A stretch of DNA of 64,000 bases from Octopus sinensis (taxonomy: Eukaryota). The DNA lies in the NCBI RefSeq assembly GCF_006345805.1, contig NC_043007.1, positions 13,702,001 through 13,766,000 of the forward strand, read 5' to 3'. Position numbers and translations under genes: made by a program. Positions 40,058 through 53,180 of this stretch are shown piece after piece; the stretch's first letter is position 1, and each line of letters begins with the position of its first letter. The notes beneath the pieces were generated by a model that saw nothing but the letters and a program-made list of their open reading frames with translations, was not told the DNA's origin and searched no databases.

Positions 40058-40226
40058 ATATACAATTGGAATTTACAAAAAGACAAATACAAAAGACGAA
40101 GATGGTGTGTAAACAACCACAGATGTATTGTTTAAGCTCGGGAAGTGAGAAAGTCTTTTACGTTACGATCCTACGTTCTGCAACAGAAAGGAACACAGAA
40201 ATAGACACACACACACAAACACTTAT

Positions 40227-40326
40227 NNNNNNNNNNNNNNNNNNNNNNNNNNNNNNNNNNNNNNNNNNNNNNNNNNNNNNNNNNNNNNNNNNNNNNNNNN
40301 NNNNNNNNNNNNNNNNNNNNNNNNNN
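40227..40326. other. Assembly gap (100 N)
   Basis: Run of exactly 100 n. Confidence 0.99.
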
Positions 40327-40740
40327 AGGTGCTTTTGGTGTGGTTGTTAGCACAGGCATTTGGTTGACTGGGACGCAGGTTCCGAATTCCGCTCATGATG
40401 TTATCTACTTTCCCATTTCCTTCATCATCCATAAGTCAATAACGTAATCATGAATCAGAATCAGCGAGCACGAATGTCTGTAACTTCTGAATTAGGTATA
40501 CAATAAATATAAAATCCCATCTGATGAGCTGCTGCTGTTCAAATTCCATCTAGTTACCTTCGCCCACAAAGTATGGGTCGACATTTGCCTAAGATAGAAG
40601 AGTCGTCAAGGTTTTGGCTGCAAAATGAGCTTCTTAACCATTCGACTATTCTGTACCTGCATACGAACACATGTACACACACACACACACACATACACAC
40701 ACACACAACACACACACACAGATGTATATGTACATATATA

Positions 40741-41140
40741 GGCGCAGGAGTGGCTGTGTGGTAAGTAACTTGCTAACCAACCACATGGTTCCGGGTTCAG
40801 TCCCACTGCGTGGCATCTTGGGCAAGTGTCTTCTGCTATAGCCTCGGGCCGACCAAAGCCTTGTGAGTGGATTTGGTAAACGGAAACTGAAAGAAGCTTG
40901 TCGTATATAAGTATGTATATATATATATATGTATGTGTGTGTATATGTTTGTGTGTCTGTGTTTGTACCCACCAACATCGCTTGACAACCGATGCTGGTG
41001 TTTTTACGTCCCCGTCACCTAGCGGTTCGGCAAAAGAGACCGATAGAATAAGTACCTGGCTTACAAAGAACAAGTCTCGGGGTTGCTTGACTAAAGGTGG
41101 TGCTCCAGCATGGCCGCAGGCAAATGACTGAAACAAGTGA
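40741..41140 (+). mobile_element. Full-length SINE family B
   Basis: ggcgcaggagtggctgtgtgg...ggtgctccagcatggccgcag...tgactgaaacaag. Confidence 0.92.
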
Positions 41141-41180
41141 AAAAAAATACATATATATACACACACATACATATACATTT

Positions 41181-41217
<37 letters not shown>

Positions 41218-42009
41218 ATGTATGCGTAAGTGTGTGTTTATTTGAAATGTGTCATGTAGATAGATACGCATGTATATATTTATTTATATGGCGTATTTTC
41301 AAATGAACACTCACACACATACATTATACATACATTTTAACACACACACAACAAACACACACATATACAAACACAAACATATTTATGCTTCATGTTTTAT
41401 ATATATACAGTATTGCATAATTTATGTTTCGGCTATTTTTTCCCGCCATAAAATTCATGGAATTTAAGGAAATCTTAGCTTCATATATGGAACTCGCCCA
41501 GAGGAGTAGTGTTTAAATCTACATGCAGGTGTTTTTATCACGATCAGCATATGTGCAGAGTTTTACACACAGAAAAAAAAAAACAAAAAAAAAAACAAAT
41601 ACTAAAAAAAAAGACAAGATGTATTAAAATTTCTCGTGATTAAATGTGTATAAATTGTATATATACACGCTGTTCTACATAACCCATACATAACACAGTG
41701 TGTCTGTGTGTGTGGCTTAGTGTATTGGCGTATTTGCTTATTAAGAATTCCATGCGAATTCGTGTACATATATTTGCAACAAACGTCATCCATTGTATCT
41801 TTTTTTGCCTTTCATTTCCTTTCAATTCCCATTCCGTGTGTTTTCTTCGTGTGTGTGTGTGTGTGTGTATGTATTTATGAACATGCATATGTCAGTATAT
41901 GCAAATATATATATACATATATACATATATATATATATATGTATGTATAGATATATAGATATATTTATGTGTATGTATGTATATAACGTAATATTATATA
42001 TATATGTAT

Positions 42010-42040
<31 letters not shown>

Positions 42041-42428
42041 TATCGTACATATATGATATGTTTATAATATACATACACACACATACATGTTATATATGTA
42101 TTTATATATGCATATATTTATAATATATACATATATAAATATCTATATATATATATATATTGATATTTATATATACGTATTATTATATGTATGTATTTAG
42201 ACAGATCTATCTATAAACATACACACATGCACACATAATATATACACATGAAAGGGTCCAAATATGTTGTTCTTCTCAAGCACGTACACGAAGAATATTT
42301 TTTAATACATTTATGATGACATATATGAATGCATATGAAATTTTGTACCTATTCACATGCCTACTTCCACGTATATCTATTTCTGCCTTTACATACATAT
42401 GCATATATATATATATATATAAGAGTGT

Positions 42429-42461
<33 letters not shown>

Positions 42462-43172
42462 TGTGTTTGTGTATGTAAGCGCACGTGTATGTGCCTTCGT
42501 GTGTCCGTGTTTATACATGTACATATATCTACTTATATATACATATGTAATGAAGATCACACCATGATATGCATGTGTGTATGCGTGCTCCATCTGTATA
42601 AAACTTATTACATTTGCCTCAGCATTAACGTAAGCAGCTGTTAATGTGAATCGGTTATGCTTTAATATGCATATCATTGCCATATAGTCTTCTATCACAA
42701 ATTTCTTTTTTTCACATATTTTTTCTTCTTCTATTTCGTTTTTCATTTTGCATTTCTTTACGTCCACCTATTACTGATGCTGAGTTTTTTTTTTCTCTCC
42801 CATTTTCCTTTTTTTTTTTTCATTTTTGGCATCAACCCGAAACAATCAGCTAAAACATCGATCATGTGACTAACAACAAACATTAGGCATTCGGTGTTTA
42901 CATGTAGCCTATCTTATAGGGATTCTGTCAACGTTTAATCATATTACAATAAATGTTTCCTTCCTACTCACATGAAGAATGATGTCACAACGATAATTTA
43001 TTCCATGCAATATAATTTGCTCAATAGATATGCTCTTCTTATTGAAAGGTGACGAACTTTTATTTATACATATATATATATATATATATACGTATATACA
43101 TATATATATATATATGTATATATATATGTATATATACATATATACATGTATATATATATATATATGTATATA

Positions 43173-43209
<37 letters not shown>

Positions 43210-43213
43210 CTAT

Positions 43214-43248
<35 letters not shown>

Positions 43249-43837
43249 TGTATATACGCACATATATGTACACATATACATATATACATATATACAAATA
43301 TATACATATATATGCACGTATACATATATAGATATATATATATATATATATACAAATATACACACATATATAAGCATATATATATATGTATATATCCGTA
43401 TACACATACATATATGTACGCACACACAAATATATGAATATAAATATATACACATTTAAACATATATATATATATATAAACATATATGCATATATATATA
43501 CACACACACATATATATATACATACTTATACATATATACACACACAGAAGGTGTGTTTGAGAGAGAGAGATGAGGGAAAGCGAAAGTCTCTGTGCGTAAG
43601 ATATAGATGTTTGTTTTTCTACCTTGCCTTTTAGCAGAACAACAAGGCCAACTCTGAATTTAATATACATATATATGTTTATTACTGTGTATTCGCGTAG
43701 GAAAAGTCTCTGGACCTACGTATGTAAGGGTGCTGAAAGTTTCTGGCTTTCGGTAATGTAAAATACAGGAGGATCAATTAATTATTATTTCACTCAATGT
43801 TATCTCCTCTCAGATTCCCACACTTAATGTAGCGGTC

Positions 43838-43877
<40 letters not shown>

Positions 43878-43880
<3 letters not shown>

Positions 43881-44075
43881 GTTAATCCAAACATGAAAAC
43901 ACAAAGAGAAAACACAACAACGCGAGGACGTGGAACAAATATAGTATTAGTGGACGCTCAGGAAGGGAAGAAGGAGGGTTTAACGTTTCGAGCGGAGCTC
44001 TTCGTCGGAAACATAGGAGAAGGAATGATCAAGAGAAGGGAAGACAAAGGAAAAGACATCGCCAACGGTACACAC
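43878..44075 (-). mobile_element. Penelope-like terminal repeat with a hammerhead motif (copy 1)
   Basis: aagttaatccaaac...cgtttcgagcggagctcttcgtcgg; second copy at 63811-63990. Confidence 0.65.
43978..44012 (-). ncRNA. Minimal type I hammerhead-like motif (U4C variant)
   Basis: Minus strand: gttt-CCGACGA-a-gagc(tcc)gctc-GAAA-cg-TT-aaac. Confidence 0.55.
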
Positions 44076-44694
44076 GCGACCCCTTGTGGGCAATAAAGAA
44101 ATAAGAAACGTTAGCACGCCGGGTGAAATGCTTATCGGTATTTCGTCTGTCTTTACGTTCTGATTTCAAATTCCGCCGAGCCATGTAAAAGAAGTTGGAC
44201 GTTTGGGCCTTTAGCCAGGTCTTTCGCGACACCTTAAGGCAGGAACTTTCCAGCACACCCTCGTTCATATACATATATGAATATATATTTTCATACACAC
44301 GCAACAAGAAATGCTGCACCTGCAAGAATATTGTTTGTCCACTCTTCTTGCCAAACGGGTGTATATTTAACATATCACACTGGTATTGTATTTTGAATTA
44401 TTTGCGTATCAAATACATGTGTATGTGCATTATCAAACACGTGTGCCTCTCCTTGACAAGGTCTCCCTTCTCTAATGCTCCCTAGGGTGTCACTATAGTC
44501 ATTCTTTATCTTTCTGTGTTCGTTATCACTTAACATAGAAGCAATAATGTTCACATTTTAGCAAAAAAAACCCAAGGAAACAAGGTCCTTGGCTTCGTTC
44601 AATTAGCTAACCTAAGGAAGACGCAGTACCCAAAATATAACACTTGTTGTTTCGTGGTGTGATTTGACTGGCTGAAGTCTAGAAACATATTCTT

Positions 44695-45087
44695 TTCTAT
44701 TCTAGGCACAAGGTCTGAAATTTTGAGGGAGGGGGCCAGTCGATTAGTCGACACCAGCACGCAAATAATACTTAAATTATCGACATCGAAAGGATGAAAG
44801 GCAAAGTCGACCTCGGCGGAATTTGTATTCTGAACGTAAAGACAGACGAAATACCTATTTCTTTATTGCCCACAAGGGGCTAAACATAGATGGGACAAAC
44901 AAGGACAGACATAGGTATTAAGTCGATTACATCGACCCCAGTGCGTAACTGGTACTTAATTTATCGACCCCGAAAGGATGAAAGGCAAAGTCGACCTCGG
45001 CGGAATTTGAACTCAGAACGTAGAGACTGACGAAATACCGCTAAGCATTTCGCCCGGCATGCTAACGTTTCTGCCAGCTCGTCGCCA
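44695..45087 (-). mobile_element. SINE family A dimer (younger unit plus older alternative-tail unit)
   Basis: Head at 45087, junction gaaatacctatttcttt, terminal unit with the ctaggcacaagg tail. Confidence 0.88.
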
Positions 45088-45319
45088 TGTTTATTATTAA
45101 AATAATGTTTTAACAATGAACATGTCGATAAACAAAACAACACAGAGCAACAAATAAAAAACCTATAGCTTTATACCCAGCTTTAGTAAAAGAGAAGTTG
45201 AATTATGCACAGGGAATTAGCTCAAATCGTAAAGCATACGCTTAGCTTATGTGCGCGGCTGAGTTCGATACTGGATTCTCCATGTCATTTCCATTAAAAT
45301 ATTATTCGATCGTTTTAGC

Positions 45320-45715
45320 TGTAGCGTCGTGGTAAGAAGTTTGCTCTGAAACTCTATAGTTCAGAATTTAGTACCGACATGGGAAAACTTGAACAAGTGT
45401 CTTCTATTATAGTCACGGGCCGACTAAAGCATTGTGAGTCGATTTGTTAAATGGAAACTGGAAAAAGCTCCTCACCTGGTATGTATGTATATGTGTGTGT
45501 TTGTGTGTGTATTTGTGTTTTGCTCCACCACCGTTTGACAACCGGTGTTGGTTATTTTATGTCTCCTCGAATACTTATTCTATCGATCTCTTTTGCCGAA
45601 CCAGAATTAAAAAGATAAAAATATATGCATTAGGGCCACTTCGCTCGACTAAAAGCCTTCAAGGGGGTGCCTGATTATGGCCACAGTCCAATGATGAATG
45701 TAACAAGTAAGATAA
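45320..45715 (+). mobile_element. Old full-length SINE family B
   Basis: aagtgtcttctattatagtcacgggccgactaaagcattgtgagt...aaccggtgttgg...ggccacagtccaatga. Confidence 0.7.
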
Positions 45716-45780
45716 AGAAAATTAAGATAAACCTAGAACTGTCTTCGCTAAAAACAAAAACATTTCGTAACCAGTCAAAA

Positions 45781-45915
45781 GTACTGAAGATTAACAGTTA
45801 TCGCCAAGCTAATAAAGCAGTTGATTAGCTCCAACAGGCCATCGCCTCTAGCTAGCTATATGACACACGAACCTGTGTCCATATTAGCTTGGCGATAAGT
45901 GTTAATATCCAGTAC
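45781..45915. mobile_element. 135-bp MITE-like element with 34-bp TIRs
   Basis: 45781-45814 versus the reverse complement of 45882-45915 is 31/34 identical; TA near both ends. Confidence 0.75.
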
Positions 45916-46026
45916 CGCTGCCGTAGTCGCCTTTAGAGAGACTTAGAGATAATAATAGTACTGAAGATTATTCTAGGAAAACACCATCAAGGACATTTGC
46001 AGTTGTTAAAGATATGTATAATGCAG

Positions 46027-46283
46027 TGGGAGCGCGTGGCTTAGTGGTTAGGGTGTCAGCATCATGATCGTTAGATTGTGGTTTCGATTGCTGGATCGGG
46101 CGCCCCGTTTTGTTCTTCAGCAAAACACTTCATTTCACGTTGCTGCAGTCCACTCAGCTGGCAAAAATGAGTAACGCTGCGATGGACTGGCGTCCCGTAC
46201 AGCTGGGGAACACATACGCCATTCAAACCGGGAAACCGGGCCCATGAGCCTGGCTAGGCTTTAAAAGGGCACATTTATTATTT
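46027..46283 (+). mobile_element. SINE family C
   Basis: gcgcgtggcttagtggttaggg...ggtttcgatt...aggctttaaaaggg. Confidence 0.9.
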
Positions 46284-46286
46284 TAA

Positions 46287-46915
46287 GTAAGGCGGCGAGC
46301 TGGCAGAAACGTTAGCACGTCGGGCGAAATTCCACCGAGGTCGAGTTTGCCTTTCATCCTTTCGAGGTCGATAAATTAAGTACCAGTTACGCAATGGGGT
46401 CGATGTAATCGACTTAATCCGTTTGTCTGTCTTTGTTTGTCCTCTCTGTGTTTAGCCCCTTGTGGGTAGTAAAGAAACAGGTATTTCGTCTGTCTTTACG
46501 TTCTAAGTTCAAATTCCGCCGAGGTCGACTTTGCCTTTCATCCTTTCGGGGTCGATTAAATAAGTACCAGTTACGCACTGCATTCGATATAATCGACTTA
46601 ATCCGTTTGTCGGTCCTTGTTTGTTCTCTCTATATTTAGCCCCTTGTGGGTAGTAAAGAAATATAGGTATAAAAATAGTAGTCTACGTGTGAGTTTCGCT
46701 CCTTACTATTTTTAATCACCCACCTTGTGATTTTATTGATTGACTTAAAACAAAACGTTCTGAGTTCAAATTCCGCCGAGGTCGACTTTGCCTTTCATCC
46801 TTTCGGGGTCGACAAATTAAGTACCAGTTACGTACAGGAGTCGCTGTAATCGACTGAAACCGTTTGTCTGTCCTTGTTTGTCCTCTTTGTGTTTAGCCCC
46901 TTGTGGGTAGTTAAA
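46287..46915 (+). mobile_element. SINE family A cluster (dimer plus a detached unit)
   Basis: Head with a deletion, junction aaagaaacaggtatttcg, third body at 46753-46915. Confidence 0.88.
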
Positions 46916-47610
46916 AATAAAATACGTCTAACGCACAGTTCAAAAAATAACCATATATCATACTTAGGCATATAATTTGCGCAGAAAAAATTTTAATAAG
47001 CGGTAGCTATGTTTTTCCTTTATTTATATAACAATATAAAAATGATTTTTCTTTAGTATATAACAGAAAAATCTTGACACAACGATTAGACGTTTGTCTG
47101 AACGTTTTGTACAGAGATAGGAAAACGTACTCAGTGAACTGCACTAACAGAAGAAGAGCTATAAAATCTTAGCACTTTCACTACTTCGTTACCGTAGTTT
47201 ATGTGAACGGTTTATGATCGCAATGAAAACTATTTAGACATTTACACAGACGGAGGTGTCGTATATTTTTTTACACGCACTGCATCGTTTCACAATATAT
47301 CTCTTTGCAATGAAGTGCAGTTGGTGTTTTGAAACAATCTCTGTTTTTTTAATAACCTCTTCATACGTATATATATATGTGTGTGTGTGTGTACATATGC
47401 GTATATGTATACTATTAATAAAATTATGTATGTATATATATATATATATATATATGTATACAAGCACACACACATATATATATGTATATATACACACACA
47501 TTTATACACACATATATACATATCACATGCATATCCATTTAAATATATATGTATACACTAAACATACTTATATGTCTCTGTCACTCTCTTTATCTATCTA
47601 TCTATCTACA

Positions 47611-47641
<31 letters not shown>

Positions 47642-47684
47642 ATCTCTATGTGTATATATATATTATATATATATATATATATTC

Positions 47685-47862
47685 TTTTAATTGTTTCAGT
47701 CTACAGTACTTATTCTATGATTTGTTTAAGTACCCTAGTACTTAGTCTATCGTTCTCTCTTGCCGTACCGCTAATTTACAGGGACATAAACACTCCAGCA
47801 TCAGTTGTCAAGTGATGCTGGGGACACAAACACAGACACACAAACATATACATAGATACACT

Positions 47863-47894
<32 letters not shown>

Positions 47895-48080
47895 TATATA
47901 TACATATATATATATATATATACGATGGGCTTCTTTCAGTTTCCGTCTATCAAATACACTCACAAGGATTTCGTAGGCCCCGAAGCTAAAGTAGAATTCA
48001 CTTGCTCAATGTGCCACGCAGTGGGACTGAACCCAGATCCATGTGGTTAATAAGCAAGCTACTTACCTCACAGCCACCCC
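47685..48080 (-). mobile_element. Full-length SINE family B
   Basis: Reverse complement of head, core and tail. Confidence 0.88.
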
Positions 48081-48099
48081 TGAAATACTCATTGATAGA

Positions 48100-48250
48100 A
48101 ATTTATGTTGGTTGGCCCACCAGGAACAACTTCGTAGAAGCATGAAGGCACGGTAGCAAAACGCTGCTCCTCTAAATAGAAACCTTACCTGTCATTGTGA
48201 TTTTGTGGCACGAAGCAAAGCAGGCCCTGCCGTCCGCTCAAGAAAACACG
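48100..48250 (+). mobile_element. Possible RTE-type LINE C-terminal zinc-finger remnant
   Basis: RSMKAR*QNAAPLNRNLTCHCDFVARSKAGPAVRSRKH resembles the C-terminal C2H2-like motif of RTE ORF2; recognition by eye only. Confidence 0.4.
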
Positions 48251-48443
48251 TATTAAATGAGCCAGAAGCGCCCAAGGAGTCCTCAACTCATTGTCAAAAG
48301 TTTTGCAGGGCACCAGTAGGCCACAAGTGACACATTCGTGTCCATATAACGTGATTAACGCTTTATTTTTGTGAAACCTCATTTGCCTTTCACAATAAGA
48401 TAATCCATCAATATATATATATATACATACACACACCACACAC

Positions 48444-48496
<53 letters not shown>

Positions 48497-48574
48497 ATAT
48501 ATATTATATATATATATATTATATTATATATATATATATATATATATAATATACATACATATATATATATATAT

Positions 48575-48985
48575 GAATGGCTGTGTGGTAAGTAGCTTGC
48601 TTATGAACCACATGGTTCCGGGTTCAGTCCCACTGCGTGCCACCTTAGGCAAGTGTCTCCTACTATAGCCTCGGTCCGACCAAAGCCTTGTGAGTGGATT
48701 TGGTAGACGGAAACTGAAAGAAGCCAGTCGTATATATGTATATATATATATATATGTGTGTGGTGTGTATGTGTGTGTATATGTTTGTGTGTCTGTCTGT
48801 CTCTCCAACATCGCTTGACAACCGATGCCAGTGTGTATACGTCCCTGTAACTTAGCGGCTCGGCAAAAGAGAGCGATAGAATAAGTACCAAGCTTACAAA
48901 GAATACGTCCTGGGGTCGATTTGCTCGACTGAAGGCGGTGCTCCAGCATGGCCACAGTCAAATGACTGAAACAATTAAGAGAATA
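48575..48985 (+). mobile_element. Full-length SINE family B
   Basis: ggctgtgtggtaagtagc...ggcggtgctccagcatggccacagtcaaatgactgaaac. Confidence 0.92.
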
Positions 48986-49441
48986 AATTGGAGCATCGCT
49001 CTTTAATAAAAAAAACAAAAAACAAAACAAAGGTGTGAAGACGATTATTTCTTGTGGAGAATAAATATGTTCCTTTAAACTAAAAGGACAATTTCAACAA
49101 ATAATTCTGTTTGAGATTTACGTTGACCTGAGATTAAACGAATGAGAATGGATTATTACGAACTGGAATGAGATTCATCATAAAGGATTACAAAACCAGA
49201 TTTGGCTTCAATAAAGTGGTAACGGAGATCGCTGTCGTCCGGATAAGTATTCTGCAATGATGTGTGCTCTTAGCGTAATTCTCAGGCCAAATCAGCGAGA
49301 CACAACGTGTGAAAAATCTGTAACTTTTGAAAAATGTGTACAATGTACCCGTAATTCAATTTGTCCGAAAGACTATTATGCAGTTTTCGGCTTCCAGTTT
49401 CACTGACGAAACCAAGTTTTACTCAAAACTCTAAAAATGAT

Positions 49442-50022
49442 TTCCCTACTACCCACAAGGGGCTAAACATAGAGAGGACAAACAAGGACAGACAAAGGGA
49501 TTAAGTCGATGATATCGACCCCAGCGCGTAACTGGTACTTATTTATTCGACCCCGAAAGGATGAAAGCAAAGTCGACCTGGGCGGAATTTGAACTCAGAA
49601 CGTAGCGGCAGAAATACCTATTTCTTTACTACCCACAAGGGGCTAAACACAGAGAGGGCAAACAAGGACAGATAAAACGGATTAAGTCGATTATATCGAC
49701 CCCAGTGCGTAACTGGTACTTATTTAATCGACCCCGAAAGGATGAAAGGCAAAGTCGACTTCGGAGGAATTTGAACTCAGAACGTAGCGGTAGACGAAAC
49801 ACCTATTTCTTTACTACCCACAGAGAGGACAAACAAGGACAGACAAATGGATTAAGTCGATTATATCGACCCCAGTGCGTAACTGGTACTTATTTAATCG
49901 ACCACGAAACGATGAAAGGCAAAATCGCCCTCGGCGGAATTTGAACTCAGAGCGTAGCGGCAGACGAAATACCGCTTAGTATTTCGCCCGGCGTGCTAAT
50001 GTTTCTGCCAGCTCGCCGCCTT
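49442..50022 (-). mobile_element. SINE family A multimer (3 units, one head)
   Basis: Repeated tacctatttctttactaccc junctions; head gccagctcgccgcctt. Confidence 0.9.
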
Positions 50023-50621
50023 TCATAGCTCTTAAAAATACGACAGTCGCTCCAAATCTCACGCAGCAGAATCGAACGCGAGAACCCTTTGAATTGTTAA
50101 TTGAACTTCTTCACTATTCTACTGAGCTCAGTGTATAAAGAACAAAAGTCCACAGCCTACTAATTATCAAATATGTCTTTCAGCGTCTACACATCATCAA
50201 AAACTGCAAATGACGGTTTTAGAACATTCTTCTGCCAACCGAAATAGAAACGATAAAAGTATTAACAACGCCGCCATTACACTCTCCATCCTCATAGTCC
50301 TCCCCTTCCTCTTCCCCTTCGTCCTCCTCATTAACATTAGTCAACAATAGTAACAACAAAAGTATATTTTCTGGGTTTTTTTTTTTCTTTTTGGAAAGTG
50401 TTTAAAATCACGACAGCGCGAGCGAAAACGCAACGAATAAATAAACAAAAAAAAATAAATAAACATTTTTCTTTCCTCGGAAGTTCTCCCACTGGTGGCA
50501 AATCCTTTGATTCATTTCTATGCCATTTTTACCTCCAAGGATGTACAGGATGAACTGCTGTACTCATATTACGACAGCCCAGTGCATGGATGCAGGAGAT
50601 AGACTCATTGACGCTCACACA

Positions 50622-50670
<49 letters not shown>

Positions 50671-50989
50671 GCACACGCACACTCACACACAAGCAATAAG
50701 CATGACAGCCTCGGGCCCCCATCGATCTGAAAATGACTCCGATACTAATTCGTGCAACAACGGTAGCAACAGCCAGAACGACTACGGCTAATAATTAATG
50801 CTGCTGCTACTACTACTACTACCACCACCACCACCACCACCACTACCACCACCTCCACTACGACTACTACTATTACAACTACTAGTACTACTACTACTAC
50901 TACTACTATAACTACTACAACTACTACTACTACTACAACTACTACTACTACTACTACTTTTACCAACGATAACATTAATCGTTCCTTTT

Positions 50990-51810
50990 TTAGGGACAAG
51001 GCCCGAAATTGTTGAGGAAAAGCTTTACTCGATTGTGCGAACCCATTACTTGACTGGTACTTACTTCATGAACCCTGATAAAAGGATGATCGACAAAATG
51101 AACCCCGGTGGAATTTGAACCCTGAACGTAAAGACCCGGAAGAAATGCTGCTAAGCATTTTGTCCAGGATAGTAAAGATTCTGCCTGCTCGCCGCCTTAA
51201 TATAATGATGGTTTCAAATTTTGCCACAAGGGCAGCAATTTTGGTGGAGGAGATGAGTCGATTACACCGACCCAAGTGTCCAACTGGTACTTATTTTATC
51301 GATTTCGAAACAATTAAAAACAAAGTTGACCTCGGCGGAATTTGAACTCAGAACATAACGATGGGCGAAAAACCACTAAGCATTTCGTCCGGCAAGCTAA
51401 CGATTCTGCCAGCTCGCAACCTTAATAATAATAATCATTATTATTATTATTTCTACTCTAGGGACAAAATTCTTGAAATATTTTGGGAAAAGGGCTAGTA
51501 GACTATATCGACTACTCTGTGCGCAACTGGTACTTATTTCATCGACCTCGAAAGGATGAAAGGCAAAATCAACCTCGGCGGGATTTGAACTCAGAACTTG
51601 AAGACAGACGGAATACAGTTAAGCATTTTGCCCGATGTGCTAACGATTCCATTGACCGCAGTACTCCATTGGTAGTTAAGTTATCGATCGAGAAATGAAG
51701 GAGCATGAAGTCGACCTCGGCGAAATTTGAACTCAGAAGGTAAAGACAAACGATAATACCCACGAAAATTTTGCTCGGCGTGCTAACGGTTCTGCCAGCT
51801 CGCCGCCTTA
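50990..51810 (-). mobile_element. Cluster of four older, co-oriented A-related SINEs
   Basis: Four diverged gacctcggcggaatttgaactc blocks with alternative tails. Confidence 0.8.
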
Positions 51811-52234
51811 ACAACAGTAATAAAATTATTATTATAAGAAGGCATAGTTGTCTTATTTTTATGTTCGTACCATCTCTAGTACTTGAACGGTATGTATATT
51901 ATCGACAACAGCTAAACAAAGTATTAAAGAAAATGAAAGAAAATTCCCCTTATTTGATTTCAAGTGAGAATTAAAAGGGAATTAAGCACCGCATCTTATT
52001 TCCTTTGACATTTTATATCGATTTTGATCATCCAAGATATGGTGATAACAGTACGCCATGAGCCTACCGCCTTGTTAAATCGTGAGATAGAATGCCTCGT
52101 TGTATTCCGGCTCTCTGCGCCCTGAGTTTAAATCGCACTACGAGTGTTCGTTCTTATGTATACATAGATGAGTGAATGTGTGTGCGTGTGAGAGAGAGAG
52201 AGAGAGAGCGAGGGAGTATATATACTCTTTTATT

Positions 52235-52482
52235 AAATGCACCCTTTTAAAGCCTAGCCAGGCTCATGGGCCCGGTTTCCCAGTTTCCATGACGTATGTA
52301 TTCGCCAGCGGGATGAGACACCAGTCCATCGCAGCGTTACTCATTTTTGCCAGCTGAGTGGAGTGAAGCAACGTGAAATGAAGTGTTTTGCTCAAGAACT
52401 CAACGCGTCGCCCGATCCAGGAATCGAAACCACAATCTTACGTTCATGATGCTGAGACCCTAACCACCAGGCCACGCGCCCA
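52235..52482 (-). mobile_element. SINE family C
   Basis: cccttttaaagcctagccaggctcatgggcccgg...ccctaaccaccaggccacgcgcc. Confidence 0.9.
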
Positions 52483-52644
52483 CACCCTGCTAAATATAAT
52501 GGATTATAAATTAATACTGCGCACCAGTTCCATAGTACGAAACACGAAGATTTTGTTTCTATGTACACGTCTTTATACAGCTAAATATTGGTCACTGTTC
52601 ACAAGATGTAAAAGACGTCGCACTTTAAACGGAATGTGAGAATT

Positions 52645-52857
52645 TACTCTTTTACTCTTTTACTCTTTTACTTGTTTCAGTCATTTGACTGTGGCCATGC
52701 TGGAGCACCGCCTTTAGTCGAGTAAATCGACCCCAGGACTTATTCTTTGTAAGCCTAGTACTTATTCTATCGGTCTCTTTTACCGAACCGCTAAGTTACG
52801 GGGATGTAAACACACCAGCATCGGTTATCAAGCGATGCTAGGGGGACAAACACAGAG

Positions 52858-52898
<41 letters not shown>

Positions 52899-53062
52899 CG
52901 ACGGGCTTCTTTCAGTTTCCGTCTACCAAATCCACTCAGAAGGCTTTGGTCGGCCCGAGGCTATAGTAGAAGACAATTGCCCAAGGTGCCACGCAGTGGG
53001 ACTGAACCCGGAACCATGTGGTTGGGAAGCATGCTACTTACCACACAGCAACTCCTACGCCT
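52645..53062 (-). mobile_element. Full-length SINE family B
   Basis: (cttttact)n tail, body and head all present. Confidence 0.93.
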
Positions 53063-53180
53063 ATAATTTGTGTATTTTGCTTTGATAATTCAACTCAGAG
53101 TTGAAACAATGGTAACATATACGAATGGAACTGCCAGTGACCATTGCGTAGGTGCATGTCTTGACAGTTTTCACACTTCA

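Larger units (their letters stand above)
43721..44264 (-). mobile_element. Mariner-derived MITE split by nested insertions
   Basis: Imperfect TIRs of about 30 bp (gggtgctgaaagtttctggcttt / aaggcaggaactttccagcacaccc); the left part reads KDRYIKCGNLRGDNIE* on the minus strand, like a mariner C-terminus. Confidence 0.7.

Noticed and set aside
50541-50605. Possible small exon DVQDELLYSYYDSPVHGCRR* after an acceptor-like site
   Set aside because: Only 20 codons, with no partner exon or homology evidence.
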